Positions 38,601 through 47,218 of a DNA stretch of 64,000 bases are shown piece by piece. Location: contig CAZSGP010000001.1 in assembly GCA_964606485.1 (NCBI GenBank), forward strand, positions 417,085 to 481,084, written 5' to 3'. A program made the position numbers and the translations under genes. The notes below the pieces were generated by a model that ran no database searches, was not told where the DNA came from, and was given only the letters and a program-made list of their open reading frames with translations. Origin of the DNA: an uncultured Planctomycetia bacterium (GTDB lineage Bacteria; Omnitrophota; Gorgyraeia; 2-02-FULL-51-18). Position 1 is the first letter of the stretch. Every line of letters begins with the position of its first letter.

Positions 38601-41600
38601 GAGCAATCAAATTCAAAAGGTGTTGATCCATCCGCAAACGGGGACAGGGCAGTCTGTCCCAAGAAATGCGGGACAGACAGACCTGTCCCCGATGGGTCAT
38701 GAGCTTGAAATAACCTATCAATACGGCAAAATCCGGCAAATTAAAAAAGATAACGCGCTCACGTTTACGTATTCGTACACCTTTGAAAATGATAGGGAGC
38801 AGACTGTTATTCACGACTTGGAAGAAAACACGACGAAGACCTACGAAGAGAGCCTGCTTCAAAAAAGTTTCGACAACAACACCTCGGTGTTATCGAATTA
38901 TTCTTACGATTCTAATCAAAAGGTCTCTCAGGTTCTCGTCTCACGTCTTGGTCGCTCTCTTCACACCTACACTTACGCTTACAACGACAGGGCCACAGCC
39001 GATACCGCAGATGATTGGACGATTGTTACTGATGAAGCGGGTGTAATTCGGACCTACGGCCAAGCCCCCGTGACAAAAGTCACTCTCAAGAAAAAGGACG
39101 TCACCGACCCCAATGATTTGGATGCGAGCGGCAACCCCAGAGTCATCGGCCAAACGCTGGAAGAACAACCCCTGGAAATTCTCCCGCTCGAGAACAATAA
39201 GCTTCTCTCGATGGAAAAAGATCATAAGCTTTTTACTTATACCTACTCACTCAATGTTACCCAAGAAAAAGACGGCACGATTCTCGCCGGCAATTCTCAA
39301 GAATCTATTCAAGAGCGGCTCATCCAACAAACGCTCTCTGATGGATCTGTGGCGCATTACGACGAGTGGGGACAGATTCAAAATATCGTGTTGTCCAATG
39401 GGCTTACCCTGACAGATGTCGTGGTGGATCAAGCTCGTCAAATTCAAAGTGCGAAGGTGGTGGTTCCCGACGGACGGACACTCACCTTTAGCCAAGACCA
39501 TTTGCTAGAAGAAGTCACGCCGCAGAACGTGCATTATTCGTATCAAAACGGAAGACTGTCTCGCGTTGTCGATGAAAATGCACACGACTATTCTTTGGCT
39601 TATGATTTTTCATTGAGTGATCAGTTAAGCTCTATTCATTTAGATTTAGGAAATGAGGTTCTCAATTACAATTCTCAGGGACAAATTCAGTCGCTAGAGG
39701 TTGAAAATATTTTGACGCCTCAAGAAATTTTAGCGGGCCGCGTTAACACATCTTCCGGAGGAAACGGGGGAGATTGGGGCTACGATGGAAATTTCAACAC
39801 CGCCCAAACTGGAGGGCTTTACGTGGATCTTATTTCCACGCAAATGCTTCCGACTGCGAGCACGATCACCTCGCTTACCTATCGGCTTTTTGCGGACGCC
39901 AATTCCCAAGGCTCGCAAAACAACGGCAGTTCGGCTTACAGCTACATTCAAACACAGGACGCCACAACGCTTGCGTGGACCATAGTTCCGGGAAGCTTGC
40001 TGGTTGATAGTCACAACAACGGCGGTGGCGGCGGCTCCACCGCGCATGCGACGTCTGCGAATCCCGCCCAACTCAATGTGAATATTTCAAATGTCATTGC
40101 GGTGCGGGCTCTGACCGGGACCGCTGCGTACGCCAATAACGGCAGTGGTACGGCCGGCGGCTCCTCCGCTATTTATGAAGTCGAGCTTGGACTTGCGGAT
40201 TTATCGCAATTTCAATTTTCATCTTCAAGTCCAAATGGGCTTGTGTTTCAAAATTTATCCGGATCCCGAACTGTTTTAGGTTCTCAAAATATGGGCGTCC
40301 TGCCTTATTTTTCAAAAATTAACGAAGAGCTTCCAGCCGAACTCGCGTCATGGACGCAAAGTATCAAAAGCGCTCTCTTAGACACGAGCACGGTGACGAG
40401 TCAGGAATATTCCGCCGCGGGAATTTTACAAACTCAAACCAAAGCGGATCAGACCGTGACGCTTTTTAATGAGCACAACAAGCCCGTTCAGGTTTTGGAT
40501 AAAACCGGCAACACGCTGATGCAGTATCTTTACGACAATGACGGAAATCCCACGCGTGTGTATTTGAAAAACGCGCGCGATACGCTTCCGGACCAGATTC
40601 GCGCGGCAAGGGAAGCGATTGAAACTCAGAGAGCGTCCCAGCTTAAAATTCTCGCCCAGCAAAAAAATCTCGCTTACCAGACTATTTATGCGCAAGCCGA
40701 AACCCAGCGCCAGCTCCTAGGTTTTCAGATTCAAATGTTGGAAGATCAGGAAAATTATATCGAAAAAATTGAGGTTCAGGGATCTCAAGCCCGCTCTCAA
40801 AAAGCGGACGCTTTGTCTCAAATTCAAGACTCGCTCGACCACATCACCGGAGTGATCACGCAAATTTCTAGTTCAGAAGCGGATGCCTACGCAGGACTCA
40901 ATGCACAAGTCCAAACGCTTTCGAATCAAATTAATTTAGACGCCCAGCACGCATTTTCCGATCTCGATACCCAAGGACTGCTTCTTGAAAAAGAAATTCT
41001 GCGTCAGGAAGTGTCGCCCATTGTTTACGACGTCTATCGGCGGGTATTGGGCCGCGATCCAAATTCACAGGAATATGATGGTTGGATTAGTCAACTTAGC
41101 TACAGTCAAAATAATGGGCTCGCCGAGGCCAAAACACTTTCAGGGATCGGTTTAACACAGGCCATTGCAACGTCTCTGTCCAATTCGCAGGAACTAGCGG
41201 ATCGCCAAGCTTATGTTCAGGCTGTTCGCAGTGGCGTTTCGGCACAGATTCAACAATTCTTAAATCTTTCGGACGCTGGCAAGCTCGCTTTTGCCCAGAA
41301 CTTGGGACTGCCCGCGCAGGATTTAATTGCGCTTTCGCAAGCCGACGCTCAAAAAATAATGACATGGCTTAGCTCGCGCTCGCTTCACTTTGGGCAATCC
41401 GCGTTTTTGTCTTTGGAGTCATTGCTCGATCAAAATAATATTTCTTACAACCGTATCGACATTGCTCAGAAAGCCATCTTGATCGACATCTTGAGCGGCG
41501 TGATTTCTCCGCTCGATGATGGGGATCTTGTGATCTCTGTATTTGCACTCAATAAAGTTGCGGCGCTTTATGGATTGAATCTTTCCGGCGCTCGTCTTAC

Positions 41601-44415
41601 TTGGGACGACTTGCGCGTCATCCCGAGCGGTACTCGCATTATCGCCCACATTCTTGGAAACCACTATGTTGTAATCACAGGGATAACTCAGGATTCGATT
41701 ACCTATATCGATCCCGGTATTGGGGCCGATAAACAGAACGAAGTCGTAACCGTATCAAAAGCTGGCTTCCTGAAAGTTTGGAAGGGGAACGTTACCCTTG
41801 AACAATCTAAGCTACAAACCGTCGCCGGGTACCAGAACAAGGTCCTATCCGCCACACAGACCCAACAGATCAGAGGGGCCTTCTTTGGCAGTATTCTTGG
41901 CCTTATAGGCTCGATTCTAACGTGGGTCCCAGGCCTCAATGGCATTGGCATAGCGCTTACCGCAATCTCTGCTGCTGTATCCGCGATTGAAGGCGACTTC
42001 ATTTCAGCGATCTCATCCATTGTTACCCTCGGCATGGCCAATTTGGGTAGTTTCTTTCAGACGGCTTTTGATGGGGTAATAAAAGCCATGGGTCCCCTTG
42101 GCCAGGCATTCTCCAAGGTGGGGCAGGTGTTCGGAAGTATTTATAACGGTGTGGTCGGCTTTATCAATAGCGCCGTTGGATTCTTGCCCGGCATTGGCAC
42201 AGCGCTTCAAGGAGCCGCAGGTGCGTTGCACACCACCATTGGGAATGCGATAGTAAACACAGCCCTTTCTACAGGTCTCAATATCGGGGCGACCAAGGGG
42301 CTCACAGCTTTGGGCGTATCGCCCCAAATTGCTTCGTTCCTCGGTCAGCTAACCGCCGGTGCTGTGATCGGAGCCCTGCAACCCCAAACAATGGCGGGTG
42401 GGCACGTTGCTATTACCCAAGCGCAGAATATCCAAGCAGCTGTTCAGCAGACGATCATCTTAAACCAAGTCGGCCGTCTTGGCACAGAGCTTGGTCTTGA
42501 CCCATCTTTCACCAACATAATTGGACTGTCCCTTGGAGCAATTCAAGGCCAACTCATTACGAATCCCAGCGCCGATCCCTTGACTTATGCATTCTCCAAT
42601 ATAAAACCCGAGCTTTTTTCATCCCTGGCACAATACGGAATTCAAAAGCTGGGAACCTCTCTGGGCATAGACCCACGGCTGTCAACCCTGATCGGCTCGC
42701 CAATCAGCGCTGGAATTGGAACTGCTTTTGGGCAAGGCGTAACGGCAGGCACTCAAATAATCAATTCGATCAATGATGGTTTATTGCGAGGGGTTACTTC
42801 ACTGGGAATCGAATATGCTACGCAAAATGTTGATCCACTTCTTGGATCTTTGACTTCAAGGGCAGTAACAGGGGCTATTGAGGGAATGTTGGGTGGAAAT
42901 ATCTTTGATGGAATCTTCAGAGCATATTCGCAGTCAGTGCTTAATGTGGCAAGACTTGGTGTGTCGGGCTCTGATTCGTGGAGTCAGGCACAATATATTC
43001 AAAGAGCGACTAATTTCTCTACAATTGTTCAACAAAAAGGTTTGGCCCAAGCAATCGAAGACACAGCTACACAGGTAATGACTGAAGATTCAATCAGCTC
43101 TATTCTCAAATCTTTCCAGACCGTTGGGGCATTTATTCAAGACCAGATTCAGGGCAATAAACCACAATCGGTTCAGCAGGATGGGACTACATACAAGAAG
43201 GTCCTGCTGGCCAACGGTGATTATCAGATTTACACAGCTGACTACAAAGACCTTGTAGAAGTGAAAATGGGGAACACAATTCTTCGGGGAACATTTGGCA
43301 GGGACGAAACCGGGCTTCTTGGACTTAAGACGGGCACTATCTCAATCTATGATGCCAGCGGGAAACTACAGTCCAAAACGTATATTGAAAACGGCTGGAA
43401 TATCGAAGATGTCCATTATTCGGTTGACCCTCTTTCGGGGCAAGAGGCAGTTGACTTAACCGTTAAGCCAATTAAGGGCAAACTTGGTATTACCTTTGAT
43501 GAGTTTGGTAATTATCGAGACGCAGATCTTATAGGCAAAGACAACCAGTTCCATTTCTCGATCAATAGTGGCATTGCGACGTCGGCTCAGTATGGATTTC
43601 AATTTATGGCTGATAGCGACTTAACATGGCTAAGCCAACAAGGACTTGATTCGGCCAGCTTGAATAATCTTTTGTTCAACGAAACAGTTGATGCGACCGG
43701 AAACTATGCAACTTCTTTAAGGTGGGAAGCCAATAATTCCCTTATACCCGAAAATTGGGTTGATGCATTTAAATCGCCGGATTCTGCTGAGCGAATTATG
43801 AATGCGTTCCAAGGCTTCGGATTCAGGACTAATAGCGAAATTGCGCAACATTTTAGCAATGACGCCGAAATTCTTAAAACAGCTGCAAAAACTGGTACAA
43901 TAATTTCTGTTAGGGGGCGGACATTATCGGCAGCGGTAATAAAAACAGTAACGTCAGGCCCAGTCAATCATACAGCTACCTTGTATATTGATAACCAAGG
44001 TCAGCGTTGGGTATTTGAAGAATTGGGCCCATTGCCACAACAAGGTCTCCAAAAAGTTCGTCTCGATGATTGGCTCGCTCGATATCAGTCTGAGAAACCA
44101 GATATTAACATTGGAGGCTTAGATCAAGTGGGAGCCGATCAAGATATTAAACAGGCGATTGAACGTAGCTTCTTCTATTGGAATCGGGATGCGAACGGCA
44201 ACTGGACTATGACGGATGAGGTTATTCCAATGCCGTATAATACTGCAAACTTGATAGGGTTATCTTCCGGCGGCAATATTTGCAGTAGCCTGATCGTTGA
44301 ACTATATCGAGATAGCGGCCATCCTCTATTCGGCTTGACCGAAACGGACGTTCAACTTCAATATTCGCCAAATGATGTCTATAGACGTTTGAAATTACTA
44401 GGATATACGGATTAA
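35641..44415 (+). CDS. Giant secreted multidomain protein (2924 aa): YD/RHS-like repeats, coiled coil, degenerate C39-like peptidase domain, Gly/Ala-zipper hydrophobic segment, divergent C-terminal module
   Basis: Signal peptide MKKSKILMKVVAWVLVFSTFLQSGAWA. Recurring YD-type repeat motifs (TYTYSDTE, FTYSYTF, FTYTYSL, VHYSYQNGRL, YSLAYDF). Gly-rich low-complexity stretches (NNGGGGGSTAHAT). ~150-aa coiled coil (aa ~1550-1700). C39-like block HYVVITGI...ITYIDPGIG...FLKVWKGNV with no Cys at the expected nucleophile position. ~450-aa Gly/Ala-rich amphipathic region (GAFFGSILGLIGSIL...). C-terminal Cys/His motif GGNICSSLIVELYRDSGHP. The track ORF starts at 35587; ATG 35641 is preferred. Confidence 0.85.
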   Translation: MKKSKILMKVVAWVLVFSTFLQSGAWALTPRELLDQAKASFGFMSEDHHQGGGLSAAGLATTQSQAQSAVDQQNVLQDLQGMNFSLTTQNGDTLSYVQNTLSQITRPDGTTLNNISQDSSGNITGANLLLSDGTVQVLQGGSILGSQSPDGAQVFYDLQTGKIQRTVSASGEETTYTYSDTETLLENIHFQTVYDTDQKLKKIVDKSSGKQSFFQDGRLQRIVLADHSEILYNSAAQGNQIKVSLGAYKDASGNLYTFDASGLVTRIESSVGVRYGSLIWGVDQKIKDAEITFSNGSRGVYQSQKLVRLTDSSGQITNFTYTADRIVAASSGVSSEYQLDGTLVKSTDSVGGQSFYFTSGLHKGYKEREVDTAGNIFVYEYSANNTVERKQILRSEQTVTTFAGQSTLLARNNPFLGFEVSFNQDTDTQGVTLQSQGSYPPLQIKLIPGQDAQCTIGSSPAQLLGVRIEKSATYKVEIKLSQANAKIFIYKSGTPIPQTPTKIIQQRDWNARFNLQATNARLVLDSRSSGVYRTAVETSDRQAVYRTGAVVERVDFRIDPNTQNRPSISLNAEQKDAANHRRSFSMEYSSGKWRIQAYGGGPRSQSFTVNQNLQAGVDYVAELRFENNALNFYVYPSAQARPASPTATLSALSNAGARFSSSLDKAQGTAQVFYNLQSVSLQSVKGKALPQEMDPVRNDPNFWLVQPAQSVLEAASPAKMILYGQTGQMERVEKWDGSKFIFTNGALSQMLDPQGNITQLSVNSSDLGNILGATIEQSGAESHYNAEGKLETVRVGDITVHYKRQDSSASPQNDGGIDYLEKSDGTEIHDIVFGGQGEIQNASVYLTDGRIKFYENGHLVKSVEADRSQIFFVNDQATQMITPQDLHYDFNYMPGQIEAVLNVGSVIPAQAGISVDPRFRADDTVVRMVYDSNFNLQSMVRQNNEIINFSGNHIQSILTPSQLPQTVVQLAEGYKVLQDNTETFYDSSNQIQKVLIHPQTGTGQSVPRNAGQTDLSPMGHELEITYQYGKIRQIKKDNALTFTYSYTFENDREQTVIHDLEENTTKTYEESLLQKSFDNNTSVLSNYSYDSNQKVSQVLVSRLGRSLHTYTYAYNDRATADTADDWTIVTDEAGVIRTYGQAPVTKVTLKKKDVTDPNDLDASGNPRVIGQTLEEQPLEILPLENNKLLSMEKDHKLFTYTYSLNVTQEKDGTILAGNSQESIQERLIQQTLSDGSVAHYDEWGQIQNIVLSNGLTLTDVVVDQARQIQSAKVVVPDGRTLTFSQDHLLEEVTPQNVHYSYQNGRLSRVVDENAHDYSLAYDFSLSDQLSSIHLDLGNEVLNYNSQGQIQSLEVENILTPQEILAGRVNTSSGGNGGDWGYDGNFNTAQTGGLYVDLISTQMLPTASTITSLTYRLFADANSQGSQNNGSSAYSYIQTQDATTLAWTIVPGSLLVDSHNNGGGGGSTAHATSANPAQLNVNISNVIAVRALTGTAAYANNGSGTAGGSSAIYEVELGLADLSQFQFSSSSPNGLVFQNLSGSRTVLGSQNMGVLPYFSKINEELPAELASWTQSIKSALLDTSTVTSQEYSAAGILQTQTKADQTVTLFNEHNKPVQVLDKTGNTLMQYLYDNDGNPTRVYLKNARDTLPDQIRAAREAIETQRASQLKILAQQKNLAYQTIYAQAETQRQLLGFQIQMLEDQENYIEKIEVQGSQARSQKADALSQIQDSLDHITGVITQISSSEADAYAGLNAQVQTLSNQINLDAQHAFSDLDTQGLLLEKEILRQEVSPIVYDVYRRVLGRDPNSQEYDGWISQLSYSQNNGLAEAKTLSGIGLTQAIATSLSNSQELADRQAYVQAVRSGVSAQIQQFLNLSDAGKLAFAQNLGLPAQDLIALSQADAQKIMTWLSSRSLHFGQSAFLSLESLLDQNNISYNRIDIAQKAILIDILSGVISPLDDGDLVISVFALNKVAALYGLNLSGARLTWDDLRVIPSGTRIIAHILGNHYVVITGITQDSITYIDPGIGADKQNEVVTVSKAGFLKVWKGNVTLEQSKLQTVAGYQNKVLSATQTQQIRGAFFGSILGLIGSILTWVPGLNGIGIALTAISAAVSAIEGDFISAISSIVTLGMANLGSFFQTAFDGVIKAMGPLGQAFSKVGQVFGSIYNGVVGFINSAVGFLPGIGTALQGAAGALHTTIGNAIVNTALSTGLNIGATKGLTALGVSPQIASFLGQLTAGAVIGALQPQTMAGGHVAITQAQNIQAAVQQTIILNQVGRLGTELGLDPSFTNIIGLSLGAIQGQLITNPSADPLTYAFSNIKPELFSSLAQYGIQKLGTSLGIDPRLSTLIGSPISAGIGTAFGQGVTAGTQIINSINDGLLRGVTSLGIEYATQNVDPLLGSLTSRAVTGAIEGMLGGNIFDGIFRAYSQSVLNVARLGVSGSDSWSQAQYIQRATNFSTIVQQKGLAQAIEDTATQVMTEDSISSILKSFQTVGAFIQDQIQGNKPQSVQQDGTTYKKVLLANGDYQIYTADYKDLVEVKMGNTILRGTFGRDETGLLGLKTGTISIYDASGKLQSKTYIENGWNIEDVHYSVDPLSGQEAVDLTVKPIKGKLGITFDEFGNYRDADLIGKDNQFHFSINSGIATSAQYGFQFMADSDLTWLSQQGLDSASLNNLLFNETVDATGNYATSLRWEANNSLIPENWVDAFKSPDSAERIMNAFQGFGFRTNSEIAQHFSNDAEILKTAAKTGTIISVRGRTLSAAVIKTVTSGPVNHTATLYIDNQGQRWVFEELGPLPQQGLQKVRLDDWLARYQSEKPDINIGGLDQVGADQDIKQAIERSFFYWNRDANGNWTMTDEVIPMPYNTANLIGLSSGGNICSSLIVELYRDSGHPLFGLTETDVQLQYSPNDVYRRLKLLGYTD

Positions 44416-44819
44416 TGAAGAAAATACACGCTGGCTTGCCTTACGTAATATCGTTAATATATGTTTTCCTTGGCGTTGTTATTTATGATTGGACCACGCA
44501 CATGGCCCCGGCGCTGGACGGAAGAGGGCAAGCTAGAACTATTTTTCTAGAAACATTTTTAATATGTCTCGGCTTAATTATTTTTGTCACAACGTTTATC
44601 GAGCGAAGGAAAAATATTAGCCAGTTATTTTGGTCTTTTTTATTCTTTTCGGGGTTGACCATACTTGTGGTTGTCGGCTTCATAGTGTCACTGGCTGATA
44701 GATCAGCAAATTCAACCCTATTGAAGAATTACTGGGAATATTTGTGGGTATCAGTTATTCTTTACTTGCCAGCAGTACTTTTGTATCTTTTGAAGATTAA
44801 GAGGCCCGTTAACTCATAA
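44415..44819 (+). CDS. Small 4-TM membrane protein, translationally coupled (TAATG) to the giant gene; candidate immunity/partner protein
   Basis: 134 aa, four hydrophobic helices. The start overlaps the giant gene stop by 1 nt. Confidence 0.5.
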   Translation: MKKIHAGLPYVISLIYVFLGVVIYDWTTHMAPALDGRGQARTIFLETFLICLGLIIFVTTFIERRKNISQLFWSFLFFSGLTILVVVGFIVSLADRSANSTLLKNYWEYLWVSVILYLPAVLLYLLKIKRPVNS

Positions 44820-45175
44820 TGAGAACAATATTAACCCCCATTTTGCTTCTGTTGTTTTTTAGCGTAGGCGTCATTGCAAACGCAAGCGATGCTCTTGTTC
44901 AGGAAGGGAAAAAGGCCATCGAAAATGGTCGTTACGAGGAAGCTGTTAATGACGTTGGTCAGATTTTAGATAAGTCAGACAACGTTTCGCGTGATCCTGA
45001 AGTATTGAGTTTGCATAAGGCCATCCAAGCATATGGTATGATTCGGTTAAATGATCACGGTTATGATAAAGAAATCGAACAAAATTTAACAGGTGCAATT
45101 AGCCTTGATCCAAATTGGGAGTATCCAAAAAAATTATTGGAAGAATTTCGAATTTCCAAGGACCATAAAATTTAG
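44819..45175 (+). CDS. Small secreted protein (TPR-like helix pair), translationally coupled (TAATG)
   Basis: 118 aa. Signal peptide MRTILTPILLLLFFSVGVIANA. Confidence 0.45.
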   Translation: MRTILTPILLLLFFSVGVIANASDALVQEGKKAIENGRYEEAVNDVGQILDKSDNVSRDPEVLSLHKAIQAYGMIRLNDHGYDKEIEQNLTGAISLDPNWEYPKKLLEEFRISKDHKI

Positions 45176-45187
45176 AAATTTATCTGC

Positions 45188-45397
45188 ATGAACGACCACG
45201 AAACCGTCCTCACCAAGCAGTTACGATCCCAGCTTATTGAAGAGCGTCGGGATCTCGAAGCCGAATACTTCAGGCGGATGCCTCTAAACCAGAAAATCCA
45301 CTCTTTTGCCTTCGCCATAGTCTTTGTAGGCGGCATCTTTTTCGGGGTGGGGCTGATCGGATTCATCCTGTATAAGCTGATTTTTCGCCATCCCTGA
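45188..45397 (+). CDS. Hypothetical small protein with a C-terminal TM helix
   Basis: 69 aa, FAFAIVFVGGIFFGVGLIGFILY. Preferred over the antisense ORF 45172-45441. Confidence 0.3.
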   Translation: MNDHETVLTKQLRSQLIEERRDLEAEYFRRMPLNQKIHSFAFAIVFVGGIFFGVGLIGFILYKLIFRHP

Positions 45398-45616
45398 AGA
45401 GCCGCAATAAAAATATTTTTCCAGCCGGAATTTCGCGGCAATTCGTAATTTTATCCAAAGTAAGCGCAATTAAGCGATAAAACGTGAAGATACACTACGA
45501 GCCATCAAAAGCATTTTTTATATGGCTAAAGAAGTTAAAGATTTTTAAGAAGTGCTCTTGTAAGCGGGTCATTCATATGCCAGACTTTTTCCGTGGTAGG
45601 ATTGGAGGTCTGAGCA

Positions 45617-45862
45617 ATGAAGATAGTGGTCCATTTGAATCACGGCGTTGATAAGAGTTACTTGCTGGTATTCGGCAAAAACTCCATCACCAGAGATCAA
45701 GTTCGCCAAATCATCAATCAAAACGACGATATTTCGGCGAAGCAGCTTATTTTTAAATCCGGCGAGAGGTATGAGCTCAACCCTTCAGAAGCACGCCGAG
45801 CAGAAATGGTTGCCGATTTTGTGGTGAGCCAGCACGGTTACAGTGCTGAACGTTTAGCATAA
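45617..45862 (+). CDS. Hypothetical protein
   Basis: 81 aa. GGAGG RBS 8 nt upstream. Followed by the terminator at 45890-45923. Confidence 0.4.
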   Translation: MKIVVHLNHGVDKSYLLVFGKNSITRDQVRQIINQNDDISAKQLIFKSGERYELNPSEARRAEMVADFVVSQHGYSAERLA

Positions 45863-45889
45863 GTTAGTCAGCAATCTCCAAGTAAAAGT

Positions 45890-45923
45890 CGAAGCGTTTT
45901 GGCGCTTCGGCTTTTTTGTTTTT
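45890..45923 (+). terminator. Rho-independent terminator
   Basis: CGAAGCG-ttttgg-CGCTTCG then CTTTTTTGTTTTT. Confidence 0.6.
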
Positions 45924-46034
45924 ATCAGATAAGCCCATCCAGAATAGTCCGTGACAAATCTCTTTTCCCTCTGTTATTATTAGGTATCAGTTTCGGATAA
46001 TTACGGTTATCAACGGAAAAGGGCGATTAATAAA

Positions 46035-46241
46035 ATGACCACAGATATCATGTCTTTGCCAGAGGTCTGCGAATACCTAAAGCTGACCAAAAGCACTGTT
46101 TATAAGCTTTCGCAAAGAGGGGATTTGCCGTCTTCGCGCATTGGAAGACAACTGCGTTTTCGGAAGTCCAGGGTAGATTCTTGGCTCGATTCAAGAGAAA
46201 TTCAGAAAGCAAAGAAAGCGAAGAAATCAGCAAGACGTTAA
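46035..46241 (+). CDS. Excisionase/AlpA-family helix-turn-helix DNA-binding protein (HTH_17-like)
   Basis: 68 aa. LPEVCEYLKLTKSTVYKLSQRGDLPSSRIGRQLRFRKSRVDSWL. Resembles the protein at 56478-56672. Confidence 0.7.
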   Translation: MTTDIMSLPEVCEYLKLTKSTVYKLSQRGDLPSSRIGRQLRFRKSRVDSWLDSREIQKAKKAKKSARR

Positions 46242-46270
46242 ACGGCGGCTGCATGTAGCGACGGAGATTC

Positions 46271-47218
46271 ATGGAGAAGCAAGACTACATACACACAAGC
46301 AAGAGTGGGCATAAAATCAATATTGTTTCATTGGTCCCCAATGAACCGAAACGGATTTTACTTATCCCGCCTTTGGTTGGAGCAACCGGGACACTTGCTA
46401 TTAGGACTTTTCGCTATTTTTTTCGTGAAAATGGTTACTTAATGTCATTCCAGTATTGCGGGCATTCCGATCAGCTTCACAATCAATTTACAATTACAGG
46501 CACTTTCGTAGATACCAAAGAGGCAATATTGCACGCGATTGAAACGGGAAGAAAACTGGAGATCCCGGTTCACGTGGTAGGCGCTTGTTATGGCTTAATC
46601 CCTTTAATCTGCGTTCTTCATGAATTGAAATGGCCCCGTGAAGTAAAGTCATTATTTAGCGTGGGTGGGTTATTCAGTATGCACGAGCTCATTAATTTTG
46701 ACGGATATAGCCCCTATCTGAAGAAACGCGGAATCACATTCAAAAATAAGACTGAATTCATCGAATACATGAAAACAGAAAAATCAACTTTTGTAAAAAA
46801 CAAAAAAATTTACACTGAGGCATTGACAGAGTATTTGATCTCCATTTTTGATGAATTAAAAGATGTCATTTCGTATGAAAGCTTCGGAGTGATGCAGTAT
46901 TCAAACGTCGATTTTTATAAAGCATTTTATGAATTTATAACCATCGACTTGCCGAAGGTCACGATACCCAGCTATTTTCCTTGTTTATTTTTCACCGGCG
47001 TCGAAGATCACGTATTGAAGTTGGAGACGGCGACCGGAAATAGCGTTTACACCAAAAAAATTACCGCAATGGCCCCGCACGCTCAATTCCGCAACATTAA
47101 GATTGACCACTTTGGCAGAGGTGAAGACCATTATGTAATAGGGGAAGATGGGATGAAGTTTCTATTAAAAAATGAAAAGCTGAATGTCCTCGAGGGAGTG
47201 CGCGATGGCAATTCATAA
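46271..47218 (+). CDS. Hypothetical protein, possible alpha/beta-hydrolase fold with a Cys nucleophile elbow (G-A-C-Y-G)
   Basis: 315 aa. RILLIPPLVGATG...VHVVGACYGLIP. Weak call. Confidence 0.4.
   Translation: MEKQDYIHTSKSGHKINIVSLVPNEPKRILLIPPLVGATGTLAIRTFRYFFRENGYLMSFQYCGHSDQLHNQFTITGTFVDTKEAILHAIETGRKLEIPVHVVGACYGLIPLICVLHELKWPREVKSLFSVGGLFSMHELINFDGYSPYLKKRGITFKNKTEFIEYMKTEKSTFVKNKKIYTEALTEYLISIFDELKDVISYESFGVMQYSNVDFYKAFYEFITIDLPKVTIPSYFPCLFFTGVEDHVLKLETATGNSVYTKKITAMAPHAQFRNIKIDHFGRGEDHYVIGEDGMKFLLKNEKLNVLEGVRDGNS

Noticed and set aside
35641-44415. Calling the giant protein a canonical Rhs/teneurin polymorphic toxin
   Set aside because: YD-like repeats are present, but I could not find the RHS-core terminal PxxxxDPxGL motif. 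The middle carries C39-like and Gly-zipper regions atypical for Rhs, so only a generic giant secreted multidomain protein call is made.
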